Source: Gemmatimonadales bacterium (lineage in GTDB: Bacteria > Gemmatimonadota > Gemmatimonadetes > Gemmatimonadales > GWC2-71-9). Taken from it: 64,000 nt of DNA. Both the position numbers and the translations under genes were made by a program. Shown piece after piece: positions 29,658 to 39,241 of this stretch. Within the stretch, counting starts at the first letter, position 1, and the number at the start of each line of letters is the position of its first letter. The DNA is taken from the NCBI GenBank assembly GCA_037189525.1, contig JBBCJC010000002.1, positions 224,001-288,000 of the forward strand, read 5' to 3'. Under the pieces are notes generated by a model. The model made no database searches and was not told the origin of the DNA. It saw nothing but the letters and a program-made list of their open reading frames with translations.

Positions 29658-32310
29658 GGGTCAGCTCCGGATGCTCCGGTGCGCGTGCGAGCGGAAGGAC
29701 ATGTACGGTGACGTCGATCGGCAGCGCGGAAGCCCGATCCTCCGCGGACTTGAGCGTATGGGTCACCACAATCTCGTCCGTCGCTCCGGTGAACCCGACG
29801 AGGCCGATGTTCGACTCGAAGATGATCATCCGGGTGTGCTCGATGAACGTGAGCGCGGTGGTGGAGTGCCGAGCCGCTACCCGCGCATATTCTTCGAGCA
29901 GCGGATCGGGGTCGGTGTCGCCCGCGGTAATCGTCAGCTCGCCGCCCACCAGTTTTGCCGGCTGGATCGAGAGGTCCAGATCTTCACGCGGCCTGGGGTC
30001 CCGTGCCGGTGTGATCTGCCAGGCCCAATCCGGCTTTTTGTCTGCAGGAATCGAGGTGCCCGCCGGCCAGCCGTCGGCCGGCACGATCGACGGCCGCTGC
30101 TTCATGCGCACCAGGCGACCGATCCCCGGAGCCGCGCCGCCGGGTACCACGATCGGCGACAGCCCTTCCCAGCCCAGCCTGACTCGGCTGGGTATGGGCA
30201 GCACGCCCTGCAGCAGCCCGTGGGTTCGCACGATCGGCAGAAAACTCTTGGCCGCGGGGTTATGGAGCGCGCTCGCCGTGAGCTGCACGATCCGTGATGC
30301 CGCTTCGTCCTTGCCGCCCTTCCAGTAGTCGAGTGACAGACTGGTCCCGTAGTGCACGTCGCCCGACAGGATCACCACTCGCGGGTGCGTGGCCACCCGC
30401 GCGATGAACTCTTCGAACGCCAGTTCATTGGCCGCCCACGACTCGACGTCGTTGACGAACCGGCCTTCGATCTGCCCCGTCGGGTTGCACTCGGAGTAGT
30501 CGAGTCTGGCGGCCGAGAGCTTCACGTCGTGGACCGCATCGGCCAGTGGCTGCGCAATCTGCTCGATGATGCTGGGGCCCAGCACCGGTACCGGCGAGAC
30601 GAGGAGCAGCAGTTCGCGCTCCGGCGGCGCCGAGGTGCCCGCCGGCAGCTGGGTCTTGAGACTCTCGCCCAGCAGACTGGCCGGCGTCGGCAGCGCGTTG
30701 GGAAAGCCGCGCCGAGTCCTGGTGTCGAGCACGACGGTATGGTGCTTGATGCCTGGTAACTGATAGTGCCACTTGATCTGCTTGGTGGCGTCGGGTTCCG
30801 CGCCCAGACCCAGGCACTGATCCAGCGCCGCGGTGTCGGCAGCGGGGACGTGGTGATTCGGCGCGAGGACCTTGGCGGCCTCGGTCAGGAATGCGGCATT
30901 GTCGCCGCTGGCTGCGAAGGTATCGGGATCGTTGCCCCAGCCCTGGAAAATCCCATACGCCAGGAGCCCGTTCCGCAGAATAGCACGGCCGAACGCACTC
31001 CGGTTCACATTGGTGATCCAGTCGCGGCTGATGTTCCAGTCGTCGGTCACCTCGTGATCGTCGAAGATCATGTAGGTGGGCACGTTGGCGAGCGCCCGCG
31101 CCACCTTGGGCACCGTCGACCGGAAGTTCATCACCTCTTTCCACTGCCTGGCGAGTTTCGGCGCCTCGTCCCGGGTCCAGGCGACCACGCTCGGATGATC
31201 GCTGCACAGCTCGGGCTGGGTCAGCACGTCGGGTCGTGCCGTATCGGGGCCGAGAGCGCCGAGCATCTCCGTCACGCCGAGCTTACAGATCGGACCACTG
31301 CCGGGGCGCGCCGGTTTGGGACCGGGGCTCAGGCAAAGCTCCTCCGACCAGGGGCGGTCATCGGGTGACCAACCGCACTCACCGCACAGGACCACCGGCA
31401 GCGGCCGCCAAACACGCGGGCTCCATACGGCCAGATACATCGCCGCGTACTCCCGAAACGTCAGGAGATGATTCTCCGCGTCGCTGGTCGTGAACTTCGC
31501 ATCGGACTGCAGCACCTTCGCACGCCGCGCAACCGGGAAATTCGCGATGTGCGCATCGATATCCTGACCTGGCGATGTCGGGGTCCCACCGAGGGTCAGC
31601 CGCTCGTGCACGACCGCGGCGTCGACATCGGTGCCGTTTTGCAGATCCGTCCCCAGCCCGCTGAGCATTTGGAGCAGGGCGCCCGCCACGTCGTCCGCAT
31701 AGATCTGGTCGCCGGTGAGGAAAAGCTGCTGCGGACGCGAGAGCGGATCGCCTCGCGTCCGGCCGATCTCATCGTCGAGCCAGGCCAGGGCGTCGGGGCC
31801 GTACGCATGCGGCTTCCGGCAGCTCCCGTGCACCAGCTTGAGGCCGGCGATCGTTTCCGCCGAGAGCACGAACGACGGCAGCTGGCCATCGTTGTCGTAG
31901 CCCAGGCGTTTGGTGAGCGGGGCCATCGGGTGGACCCCCGGTAGCCGACTGTCAGGTTTTTCGTCAGTGAGCAGACCGGCGGTCCGCAGATCGCTCGGGA
32001 CCCCGTCGCCCTCGAACCCGAGCCCATAGGAGTAGATAACCCCGGCCCGAAGTGGCGCCGCTTCCGCCTTGGCCGTTACCACCGCCACATGCAGCGCGCG
32101 CCCGAAGGCGACGGTCTGGAGCGACCCGGTGGCGACCGGTTCCTCTCCGGACTCGACTGAATTGGCGGTGTCACCCGCCTGTTGTTGATTGAGCCAGACC
32201 TTGAGGGTGACGGTGGCCGGAACCGAGAGGGCAATCCACACCGACACCCGCCGGGGATCGACCCGTCGAAGGATGGGACCCGCCAGGACGAACGGAAGTT
32301 GCGCCGGCAT
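29650..32310 (-). CDS. PhoD-like (alkaline phosphatase D family) metallophosphoesterase without export signal (gene 1)
   Basis: HGSCRKPH, LTGDQIYADD, IFDDHEVTDDWN, LDTRTRR, LSGDVHY metal-ligand motifs. The N-terminus MPAQLPFVLAGPILRRVD lacks a Tat/Sec peptide. Confidence 0.85.
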   Translation of the reverse strand: MPAQLPFVLAGPILRRVDPRRVSVWIALSVPATVTLKVWLNQQQAGDTANSVESGEEPVATGSLQTVAFGRALHVAVVTAKAEAAPLRAGVIYSYGLGFEGDGVPSDLRTAGLLTDEKPDSRLPGVHPMAPLTKRLGYDNDGQLPSFVLSAETIAGLKLVHGSCRKPHAYGPDALAWLDDEIGRTRGDPLSRPQQLFLTGDQIYADDVAGALLQMLSGLGTDLQNGTDVDAAVVHERLTLGGTPTSPGQDIDAHIANFPVARRAKVLQSDAKFTTSDAENHLLTFREYAAMYLAVWSPRVWRPLPVVLCGECGWSPDDRPWSEELCLSPGPKPARPGSGPICKLGVTEMLGALGPDTARPDVLTQPELCSDHPSVVAWTRDEAPKLARQWKEVMNFRSTVPKVARALANVPTYMIFDDHEVTDDWNISRDWITNVNRSAFGRAILRNGLLAYGIFQGWGNDPDTFAASGDNAAFLTEAAKVLAPNHHVPAADTAALDQCLGLGAEPDATKQIKWHYQLPGIKHHTVVLDTRTRRGFPNALPTPASLLGESLKTQLPAGTSAPPERELLLLVSPVPVLGPSIIEQIAQPLADAVHDVKLSAARLDYSECNPTGQIEGRFVNDVESWAANELAFEEFIARVATHPRVVILSGDVHYGTSLSLDYWKGGKDEAASRIVQLTASALHNPAAKSFLPIVRTHGLLQGVLPIPSRVRLGWEGLSPIVVPGGAAPGIGRLVRMKQRPSIVPADGWPAGTSIPADKKPDWAWQITPARDPRPREDLDLSIQPAKLVGGELTITAGDTDPDPLLEEYARVAARHSTTALTFIEHTRMIIFESNIGLVGFTGATDEIVVTHTLKSAEDRASALPIDVTVHVLPLARAPEHPELTHG

Positions 32311-32484
32311 CTCTCCCGCACTGCTAAGCGAGCGTCAAGATTCTGACCAGCGAGATCAGGCTACTATGATCGCGCCGATGACGAAGAACCGCCAGATGGC
32401 GAAATTCGGTCGCGCCGCGTTGCGGCAGGTTTGGGGCGGCGCTAGGCTTCCGGCCGATTAACCCCAGCTGCGAGCCATCAGACC

Positions 32485-33774
32485 ATGACGTCCCCGACTC
32501 CATCGATCACGTCTGTTCCTTCCCAACCGCTCCGCGTGGCCATCCTGGGCTTCGGCACGGTGGGGTCATCGGTGGCCCGGATCCTGGTCGAGCGTCCCGA
32601 CCTGGCCGATCGGCTCCAGCTCACCCACGTCTATAACCGCGGCATCGATCGCAAGCGGGTCGACTGGCTCCCGTCCGTTACCTGGACCGACGACCTGGAT
32701 GTGATCTTTGCGGCCAAGCCCGATGTCATCGTCGAAGTTGCTGGTGGTGTCGACCCGGCCGGTTCATGGGTCCGCCGCGCGCTCAGCCAGGGCGCGTCGG
32801 TGGTCACCGCCAACAAGCTCATGGTTGCTGCGCACGGACCGGAGTTGTTGCGCCTGGCGGTCGACCATCATGCCCAGCTGCGCTTCGAAGCGGCGGTAGG
32901 CGGCGGCATCCCGCTGATCCACGGCATCAAAGAGGGGCTCGCGGGCGATCGGCTCTCTCGGGTGACGGGGATTCTCAATGGCACCTGCAACTACATCCTG
33001 AGCCGGATGGCCGCGACCGGCGAACCGATGGACGCCGTGCTGGTCGATGCCCGCCGGCTGGGTTATGCCGAAGCGGATCCGAGTGCGGACCTGGACGGCC
33101 TCGACGCAGGGGCCAAGATCGTCGTGCTGGCGGGGATTGCCTTTCACCGGCACCTCCCGCTCGACGAGGTGCCGCGCCGGTCGATCCGGCCGATCAGCAG
33201 CGACGACTTCCGCTATGCCGCGCGGCTGGGTTGCACCATTCGTCAGCTGGCATCGGTGGAAGCGGCTGGACCCGACACGTTCCACGCCTTTGTCGGTCCG
33301 GCGCTGGTACCTGCGCATTCGAGTCTGGGGCGTAACGATGGCGCCGACAACTTCGTGACGGTGACCGGGCAGTTTCTGGGCGTGAGCAGTTTCAGCGGAC
33401 CTGGCGCCGGCGGCTCGGCGACTGCGGTGGCAGTCGTGTCGGATCTTCTCTCGCTTGCCGCGCGGCCTGGTCGCGACGTCCGCGAGGAGTGGCAGCCGGC
33501 GGCGATCGTGCCGCCGCCGTTGCGGCCGTACTATGTGCGGTTCGTGGTGCGGGATCGACCTGGCATTATCACCACCATCGCGGCCGCGTTCGAGCGGCAC
33601 GGGATCGACATCGATGCGGTGCTCCAGGAGCCGGGGTATCCCAAGGATGCGTTGCCGTTCGTGATCACGGTGGAGCCGTGCGAGCAAGCTGCTCTCGAGG
33701 CGGCGCTGGCAGACTTTGCGGGCGCGGATTTTCTGGCGGCGATGCCGGTGGTGCTTCCGATCGTCCTCACCTGA
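32485..33774 (+). CDS. hom: Homoserine dehydrogenase with C-terminal ACT domain
   Basis: ILGFGTVG, VVTANK, FEAAVGGGIP, GILNGTCNYIL, GYAEADP..DLDGLD, GPGAGG.ATA.AVVSD, DRPGII (ACT). Confidence 0.95.
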   Translation: MTSPTPSITSVPSQPLRVAILGFGTVGSSVARILVERPDLADRLQLTHVYNRGIDRKRVDWLPSVTWTDDLDVIFAAKPDVIVEVAGGVDPAGSWVRRALSQGASVVTANKLMVAAHGPELLRLAVDHHAQLRFEAAVGGGIPLIHGIKEGLAGDRLSRVTGILNGTCNYILSRMAATGEPMDAVLVDARRLGYAEADPSADLDGLDAGAKIVVLAGIAFHRHLPLDEVPRRSIRPISSDDFRYAARLGCTIRQLASVEAAGPDTFHAFVGPALVPAHSSLGRNDGADNFVTVTGQFLGVSSFSGPGAGGSATAVAVVSDLLSLAARPGRDVREEWQPAAIVPPPLRPYYVRFVVRDRPGIITTIAAAFERHGIDIDAVLQEPGYPKDALPFVITVEPCEQAALEAALADFAGADFLAAMPVVLPIVLT

Positions 33775-33814
33775 GACAGTTCGCCAGGTTAGGCCCCCGG
33801 GGACTGCCGTTGCC

Positions 33815-34240
33815 TCGCGAGTATCGCCCCTCCTCATTGGTCACTACTATGTGATGCTAAGCTCGGTAGTCGACGCCAGGTGTGCCGTGCAGGACACATT
33901 CCTGAAGGCATGGCGGCACTGGGATTCCATCCACGCCAATCTTTGGAGCGCACCTGGCTTTATCGGATTGCCGCCAACGTCTGCCTTGGCATGCCGAACC
34001 GGGCGAATCGCCGCCGTCACCGCCCGGTCGACACCATAGCTAACCCAGCAACGGTGCGCGACGACAGGACCCTCGATCAATAACTGGCTGAGCACTGGGT
34101 CGAACCTATCTCGGACGCGCTGGTGCCCTAGGCGAGGATCCGGCGGATCCCGAAACGCCCGCCATCCCTAAAAGGGAATATTCGGATCGCATTCGTGGCC
34201 GCGCTGCAGTACCTGCCACCCTGGCAGCGCGCTGTATCCC
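33815..34240 (+). pseudogene. Decayed ECF sigma-70 factor (SigG-like)
   Basis: Frame-shifted pieces: HYYVMLSSVVDA..AVQDTFLKAWR, RTWLYRIAANVCL, EHWVEPISDALV, NIRIAFVAALQYLPPWQRAV. There are in-frame stops (TAA 34081, TAG ~34129) and the gene is truncated within region 4. Confidence 0.75.
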
Positions 34241-35054
34241 TCCACACCCCAGTCCCCAACTGGTGCACCGTCCCCGTGCTCAGCTAAGGACGACGTGATC
34301 ATACTCATATGCTGACAATGCTGATCCTTACAGATCTTTGCCATATGTAACAGCCCATCCGCAACGATCAGGCGCAGCGGCGGGCCGTCCATGATCGAAG
34401 GACCGCCCGATGGCGAAGCCGGCTGAAGTACCTAATACGCAAAACTGTGAGCGACCAGCGGTGAACCGCAAGGAGTTCCTCGGGGGATGAGGGACTCCTG
34501 AACAAGAGGAGACTGGCATGGGCAGCAGCGCTGCGTAGGCATCACACTAGGGCCGAATGGCCCTCACAAGAACTAGACAGTGACCTGTATCACTGCGCTA
34601 GCCGCGTTGACGCTTCAAGTTGACCTACTAGCTTCGGTCCCGAGAAGACAGCGATTGAGTACAAAAATGAGACGCGGAATGATCGCGCCCATCCGAAGGA
34701 TGCCCCTTGCCAGTAGGCATCCAGATGTCGGGGCATAGTCTGACGCAGGAATGCACCGATAGCTACAGAGCGAACGAGCGCTAGATGAAGAGATCCCAGG
34801 TCATGAGGGTTCTCGACGGTGCTTGCACGTCTCGTGACGGGGAAGGCATGGCGTGCAAGGGTTGGCTCGGCGCTGTAACGAACCTCTCCATTTCCTTGTC
34901 TCGTGCAAATTCTTGCGCCCCTTATAACGGGATATGCGGCTAAAAGCATGTTCGCATGTGACCTCCGTCACTTATGCTATGCGTGCTCGATCCCCATGTT
35001 GAAGACCATCCAAGTTGGTGTGTATCCAGTACCGAGATACCGTAGACCGGCATT

Positions 35055-35975
35055 ATGAGCAATCAAGCACAGGGTACGTCGCTGGCGCCTCATCAGCAGG
35101 TCGACCGCCTGGTACGGGATTTGGCGGAAACACCCTATCCAATCCTGATCCTTGGCCCGACGGGTTCCGGGAAGAGTACGCTTGCCAGGTACATTCACTC
35201 GATATCGCCTCGCGCCGTCCACCCATTTGTGGAGTGTGCGGTCACATCGATTCCGGATGAACTCAGGCAGGCGGAACTACTCGGCTCTATGAAAGGGGCC
35301 TATACAGGTGCCTATCACGATCGCGTTGGCTTTGTCGAACAAGCGCACACCGGCACATTGTTTCTCGACGAGCTTGGGCACGCGTCGCTTCGCTTTCAAC
35401 AAACACTCCTTGGCATTCTCGAGACTGGCCTCGTTCGACGAATCGGCAGCAGCTATCAGCGCACAGTTGATGTCCGAATCATCTGCGCGACATCTGTGAA
35501 TTTGGCAGCTCGTTCGCAGGAAGGCCTGTTCCTCGAAGAGCTACTCTATCGGGTGGACTGCCTCACGGTTTCTTTACCATCACTTCGTGAGCGTCGTCAG
35601 GAGATTGTACCACTTGCAACTCGATACTTGCAGGAGGCGTTTGTAGAGCTGGGTCGTGACTTTGTTCCTGTGTTGTCTGATGATGCGGCGGTGATTCTTC
35701 GCAATGCACCGTGGCCCGGAAACATGAGGCAGCTCCGGTCAGTTTGCCAGTACATTGCCAGCAGACTGCGGAGCCCACGTCCTGTTCAACCGACTGATAT
35801 TCCCGAACAGATCCGCGGAATGACAAAAGGGCATCAAACGAAACACGAAGAAGCTCAAGCGTTGTTAGACGCCACACGGGGCAACAAATCCGAGACTGCG
35901 CGCCTGATGGGTATCTCGCGACCGTCGCTCTACAAGCTCCTGGCCGAAGCATCTACGACGGTCCGTAAAGATTGA
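35055..35975 (+). CDS. Sigma54-dependent transcriptional activator (bEBP) lacking an N-terminal sensor domain
   Basis: Walker A GPTGSGKS from about residue 34, GAYTGA loop, LFLDE, WPGNMRQL, C-terminal Fis HTH GNKSETARLMGISRPSLY. Confidence 0.9.
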   Translation: MSNQAQGTSLAPHQQVDRLVRDLAETPYPILILGPTGSGKSTLARYIHSISPRAVHPFVECAVTSIPDELRQAELLGSMKGAYTGAYHDRVGFVEQAHTGTLFLDELGHASLRFQQTLLGILETGLVRRIGSSYQRTVDVRIICATSVNLAARSQEGLFLEELLYRVDCLTVSLPSLRERRQEIVPLATRYLQEAFVELGRDFVPVLSDDAAVILRNAPWPGNMRQLRSVCQYIASRLRSPRPVQPTDIPEQIRGMTKGHQTKHEEAQALLDATRGNKSETARLMGISRPSLYKLLAEASTTVRKD

Positions 35976-35996
35976 CAGCAACTATCCAAACACAAG

Positions 35997-36010
35997 TGTA
36001 AAACTCTACA
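35997..36010. promoter_or_regulatory. Candidate upstream activator sequence (palindrome)
   Basis: TGTA-AAACTC-TACA inverted repeat about 65-80 nt upstream of the -24 element. Confidence 0.35.
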
Positions 36011-36074
36011 ACTCCGGCCCTGCGCCCCCGGCGCTAACGCGTTGTCATACAACAGCGTTGCCGTTTGGTCGTTG

Positions 36075-36091
36075 CTGGCCCACCGCCTGCA
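36075..36091 (+). promoter_or_regulatory. Sigma54 (-24/-12) promoter of the T2SS operon
   Basis: CTGGCCCACCGCCTGCA = TGGC...TGCA with exact GG-N10-GC spacing, ~35 nt upstream of the gspE ATG. Confidence 0.7.
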
Positions 36092-36124
36092 CTACAACAG
36101 GTGAGGCCCGCCTCGAGGCGAACC

Positions 36125-37621
36125 ATGTCCATGCCTACGTTGCGTACACGTCTTGCCCTGCACGACATGTTTCGGCAGGAGTACCTCGCTTACTACAAGG
36201 TACTCCCCCTAGAGGTCGTGGACGGACAGGTTCGCGTGGCGGTATCGGGCGATCCCGAACCGAACGTCCTCGAGGATCTCGGTAAGACGTTCGACGCCGA
36301 AGTCGAGCCGATCCAAACAGATCCGGAGCAGCTGCTCGACGGTATTCGCTCGGCGTTCGCGACTGCGGAATCGGTGTCACATATGTTTGCGGGAAGTCTC
36401 GCGGCTGAAGCCAATGAGGCTGTCCCGCGAATCTCATCAGTTGCGGACGCCCGAGATCAGGCAAACCAGGCCCCGGTCATTCGCTATGTCAACTTGGCGA
36501 TCCGCGACGCGTTCGAGTCGGGTGCAAGTGACATCCATCTCGATACGACACGCGGGGGCCTTAGAGTCCGGCTCCGTATCGATGGCGTGCTCTTCGATTA
36601 CCAACCCCCTCCACCGGGTATACAGATCCCGATCCTGTCACGGATCAAGTTATTGGCCGAACTGGACATCGCAGAACGGCGCGTACCACAAGATGGCCGG
36701 GTCCGGGTGCGGTTGGACAACCAGGAGCTCGACCTTCGTGTTGCTGTTGTTCCCGCGCTTCATGGAGAATCTGTCGTAATACGGCTGTTGGATGGCGGAG
36801 CGGTCAATGTCGATCTCAAGGGTCTTGGTATGGATCCGGAAACGTTCGCTGCCGTTTCCACCCTAACCCAAAAGGCGAATGGCGTTGTGCTCACGACGGG
36901 CCCTACGGGGAGTGGGAAAACGACGACGCTATACGGCATGCTCGGACAACGGCGCGTTGTGGAGGAAAAGCTCATCACGATCGAGGATCCAATCGAGTAC
37001 TACTTGGACGGTGTCACGCAAATACCGATCCGAAATGGAAGCGGGCTCGGATTTGTCGACGTCTTGCGCAGCATCCTGCGCCACGATCCGGATGTAATCA
37101 TGGTCGGTGAAATGCGGGATGCCGCTACGGCTGCCGTTGCGGTCCAGGCAGCCCTGACCGGGCACCTGGTGCTCTCTTCTCTCCACACTAATAACGCGGC
37201 CGCGGCAGTAACTCGTCTGATCGACCTTGGTGTCGACCCGTATATCCTAGCCGCCACGTTGGAGGGCGTCGTCGCCCAAAGGCTGGTGCGACGGATCTGT
37301 CGCCACTGCTCAGCACGCTATTGGCCCGGAGCAGCCACCGTTTCGGTTGCTGCGGGGAGATCGATCGACGGCGTCGCTCTGTACCGTGGAATCGGATGCT
37401 CCGAGTGCCGGAATACTGGCTACCGAGGACGGATCGGAATCTTTGAAGTCCTTGTCTTAGATGAGGCGCTCAAGCGACAGCTCACGAGTGGTCACGAAGT
37501 AGACACCATACGACACGCCGCAGTAGAAGGGGGAATGCGTACCTTACGTCAGGATGCCTGGAATAAGGTGTTGACAGGAGCAACTACAGTCGAGGAGGTC
37601 ATTCGTGTACTCGGGGCTTGA
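36125..37621 (+). CDS. gspE: Type II secretion ATPase GspE/PulE
   Basis: ASDIH, LDIAERRVPQDGR, GPTGSGKTTT, TIEDPIEY, LRHDPDVIMVGEMRD, LHTN, CxxC...CxxC. Confidence 0.95.
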   Translation: MSMPTLRTRLALHDMFRQEYLAYYKVLPLEVVDGQVRVAVSGDPEPNVLEDLGKTFDAEVEPIQTDPEQLLDGIRSAFATAESVSHMFAGSLAAEANEAVPRISSVADARDQANQAPVIRYVNLAIRDAFESGASDIHLDTTRGGLRVRLRIDGVLFDYQPPPPGIQIPILSRIKLLAELDIAERRVPQDGRVRVRLDNQELDLRVAVVPALHGESVVIRLLDGGAVNVDLKGLGMDPETFAAVSTLTQKANGVVLTTGPTGSGKTTTLYGMLGQRRVVEEKLITIEDPIEYYLDGVTQIPIRNGSGLGFVDVLRSILRHDPDVIMVGEMRDAATAAVAVQAALTGHLVLSSLHTNNAAAAVTRLIDLGVDPYILAATLEGVVAQRLVRRICRHCSARYWPGAATVSVAAGRSIDGVALYRGIGCSECRNTGYRGRIGIFEVLVLDEALKRQLTSGHEVDTIRHAAVEGGMRTLRQDAWNKVLTGATTVEEVIRVLGA

Positions 37622-38072
37622 TTCCAATAGGAGTCGCGCATCGCTGTCGAGGCGGGGCTTTACCCTACTCGAGATTATGGTCAGCATCACGATCATCGCC
37701 ATTCTGGCGGGGTTGGTGGTCCCGATGGTCTTTCAGCATGTTGGCGATGCCAAACGGGCAGCTGCGGAAGCCGATATCGAAGCGCTCGGCCTGGCACTCG
37801 ATTCATACGCGCTTGCCGTGGGGCGATATCCAACGACGGATCAGGGTCTCGCGGCACTGGTCACCCGGCCGGAGCCAGTGGCCAGCGGATGGCGCGGCCC
37901 ATATCTGAAGCGCGGTGTTCCGAAAGATCCTTGGGGCAACGACTACCAGTATACGAGCCCGGGGACTGTGAATTCGACCAGCTACGACCTGGTGAGCTAT
38001 GGACGAGACGGGCAAGCCGGTGGCCTCGGCGATGACGCGGATATTCGCTCGTGGGAACGGGCATCCCAATGA
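37605..38072 (+). CDS. gspG: Major pseudopilin GspG
   Basis: Prepilin site G|FTLLE. YPTTDQGLAALV, WRGPYL, PKDPWGNDYQY, SYGRDG. Confidence 0.95.
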   Translation: MYSGLDSNRSRASLSRRGFTLLEIMVSITIIAILAGLVVPMVFQHVGDAKRAAAEADIEALGLALDSYALAVGRYPTTDQGLAALVTRPEPVASGWRGPYLKRGVPKDPWGNDYQYTSPGTVNSTSYDLVSYGRDGQAGGLGDDADIRSWERASQ

Positions 38073-39241
38073 AGCGCTATCGCTACCACGGCGTTTCCAC
38101 GAGCGGCGCGCGGACATCCGGCACCATCGTGGGCAACACATCACAGGAGGTCGATGCCGTCCTCGCCGAGCGCGGCGTGCATACCCTGGCCGTCGTACTG
38201 GATTCACAGAGTCCAAACCGTGTTTCGCGGCAACAACTGGCCATCGTATTCCGGTCAATCGCCACGTTGTCGGGAGCCGGGTGCACGCTTCCACAAGCAA
38301 TTGCGACAACGGAGCATCAGGTGGCAACCAAACGTCTCAAGCCCGGACTGGCCGACACGCTGCGCCTAGTACTCCAGGGAGAGTCGTTGGCCGATGCCTT
38401 GGAGTGCACCCTCTCTCCCCCGCCGAGCGTCATCGGCCTCATTCGGTTTGGTGAATCGAGCGGGCAGCTGGAAATGGCCTTGGCCGAAGCCGCATCGCAG
38501 CTCGAAACGGAGGCATCTGCCGTGGCAAGTATCCGAAAGGCGATGGCTTATCCGGCGGTGTTGGGTGTAGCTGGCAGCGCATCGATGCTCGCAATCGTCT
38601 ATTGGGTGCTGCCCCGTTTCACAGCATTGCTGATCGATTCAGGGCAGCCGTTGCCAGCCGCAACGGGATTCGTACTGGGCGGCGCGGCGTTGTTGCGCAA
38701 ATACGGCTTACTCACCTTTTTCGTCATCCTCCTTTCCGCTGTCGGATTGGTGCAGTGGGTTCGTGCGACGAATCGGATCGAACGCGTTTATGCCGTTTTC
38801 CTCGAGATCCCGCTACTCGGTCCCACCCGATCAACCTGGATCGCGGCACGGTTGAGTAGAGTGCTTGGTACGCAACTCTGCTCCGGCCTACCCCTTCTCA
38901 AGGCGCTCGACATCACGCACGCCGGTATCCGTGACCCTTGTATCGCTGCGAGACTCCGCCAGGCAATCGATGAGATCAGCAAAGGTATCGGCGTTGCGTC
39001 GGCGTTCGGAACAGCGCGCCTCCTGCCCGTGTCGATCCTACCGCTGGTTGCCATCGGCGAGTCGAGCGGAAACCTCGGCACCATGCTGTTACGGAGCAGC
39101 GAGATCTGCTCGAAAGAGGTCGACCAGCGCGTTAGCGTGATGATTGGCATGCTCGAGCCAGGTCTCGTGATCGCCCTGGGTGGAGGTGTGGCGGTGCTGG
39201 CAGCTGCCATGTTGCAAGCGGTCTATGCATTGCGGCCGTAG
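38069..39241 (+). CDS. gspF: Inner-membrane platform protein GspF
   Basis: Two T2SSF repeats (GESSGQL; GESSGNL), AMAYP, MLEP plus TM. ATGA overlap with gspG. Confidence 0.92.
   Translation: MKRYRYHGVSTSGARTSGTIVGNTSQEVDAVLAERGVHTLAVVLDSQSPNRVSRQQLAIVFRSIATLSGAGCTLPQAIATTEHQVATKRLKPGLADTLRLVLQGESLADALECTLSPPPSVIGLIRFGESSGQLEMALAEAASQLETEASAVASIRKAMAYPAVLGVAGSASMLAIVYWVLPRFTALLIDSGQPLPAATGFVLGGAALLRKYGLLTFFVILLSAVGLVQWVRATNRIERVYAVFLEIPLLGPTRSTWIAARLSRVLGTQLCSGLPLLKALDITHAGIRDPCIAARLRQAIDEISKGIGVASAFGTARLLPVSILPLVAIGESSGNLGTMLLRSSEICSKEVDQRVSVMIGMLEPGLVIALGGGVAVLAAAMLQAVYALRP

Noticed and set aside
19868..29711. Long plus-strand ORFs (528, 780, 736 aa) opposite the large operon
   Set aside because: Arg-rich, motif-less translations lying antisense to tightly coupled minus-strand genes.
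16926..32310. Interpretation of the large operon as a prophage, eCIS/T6SS or Tc toxin locus
   Set aside because: I recognised no sheath, tube, baseplate, VgrG, terminase, SpvB or RHS motifs in these five proteins. Remote structural homology remains untested.
34168..34949. Short minus-strand ORFs (74, 63, 119 aa)
   Set aside because: No motifs, RBS or coupling evidence. Cannot be supported as genes.
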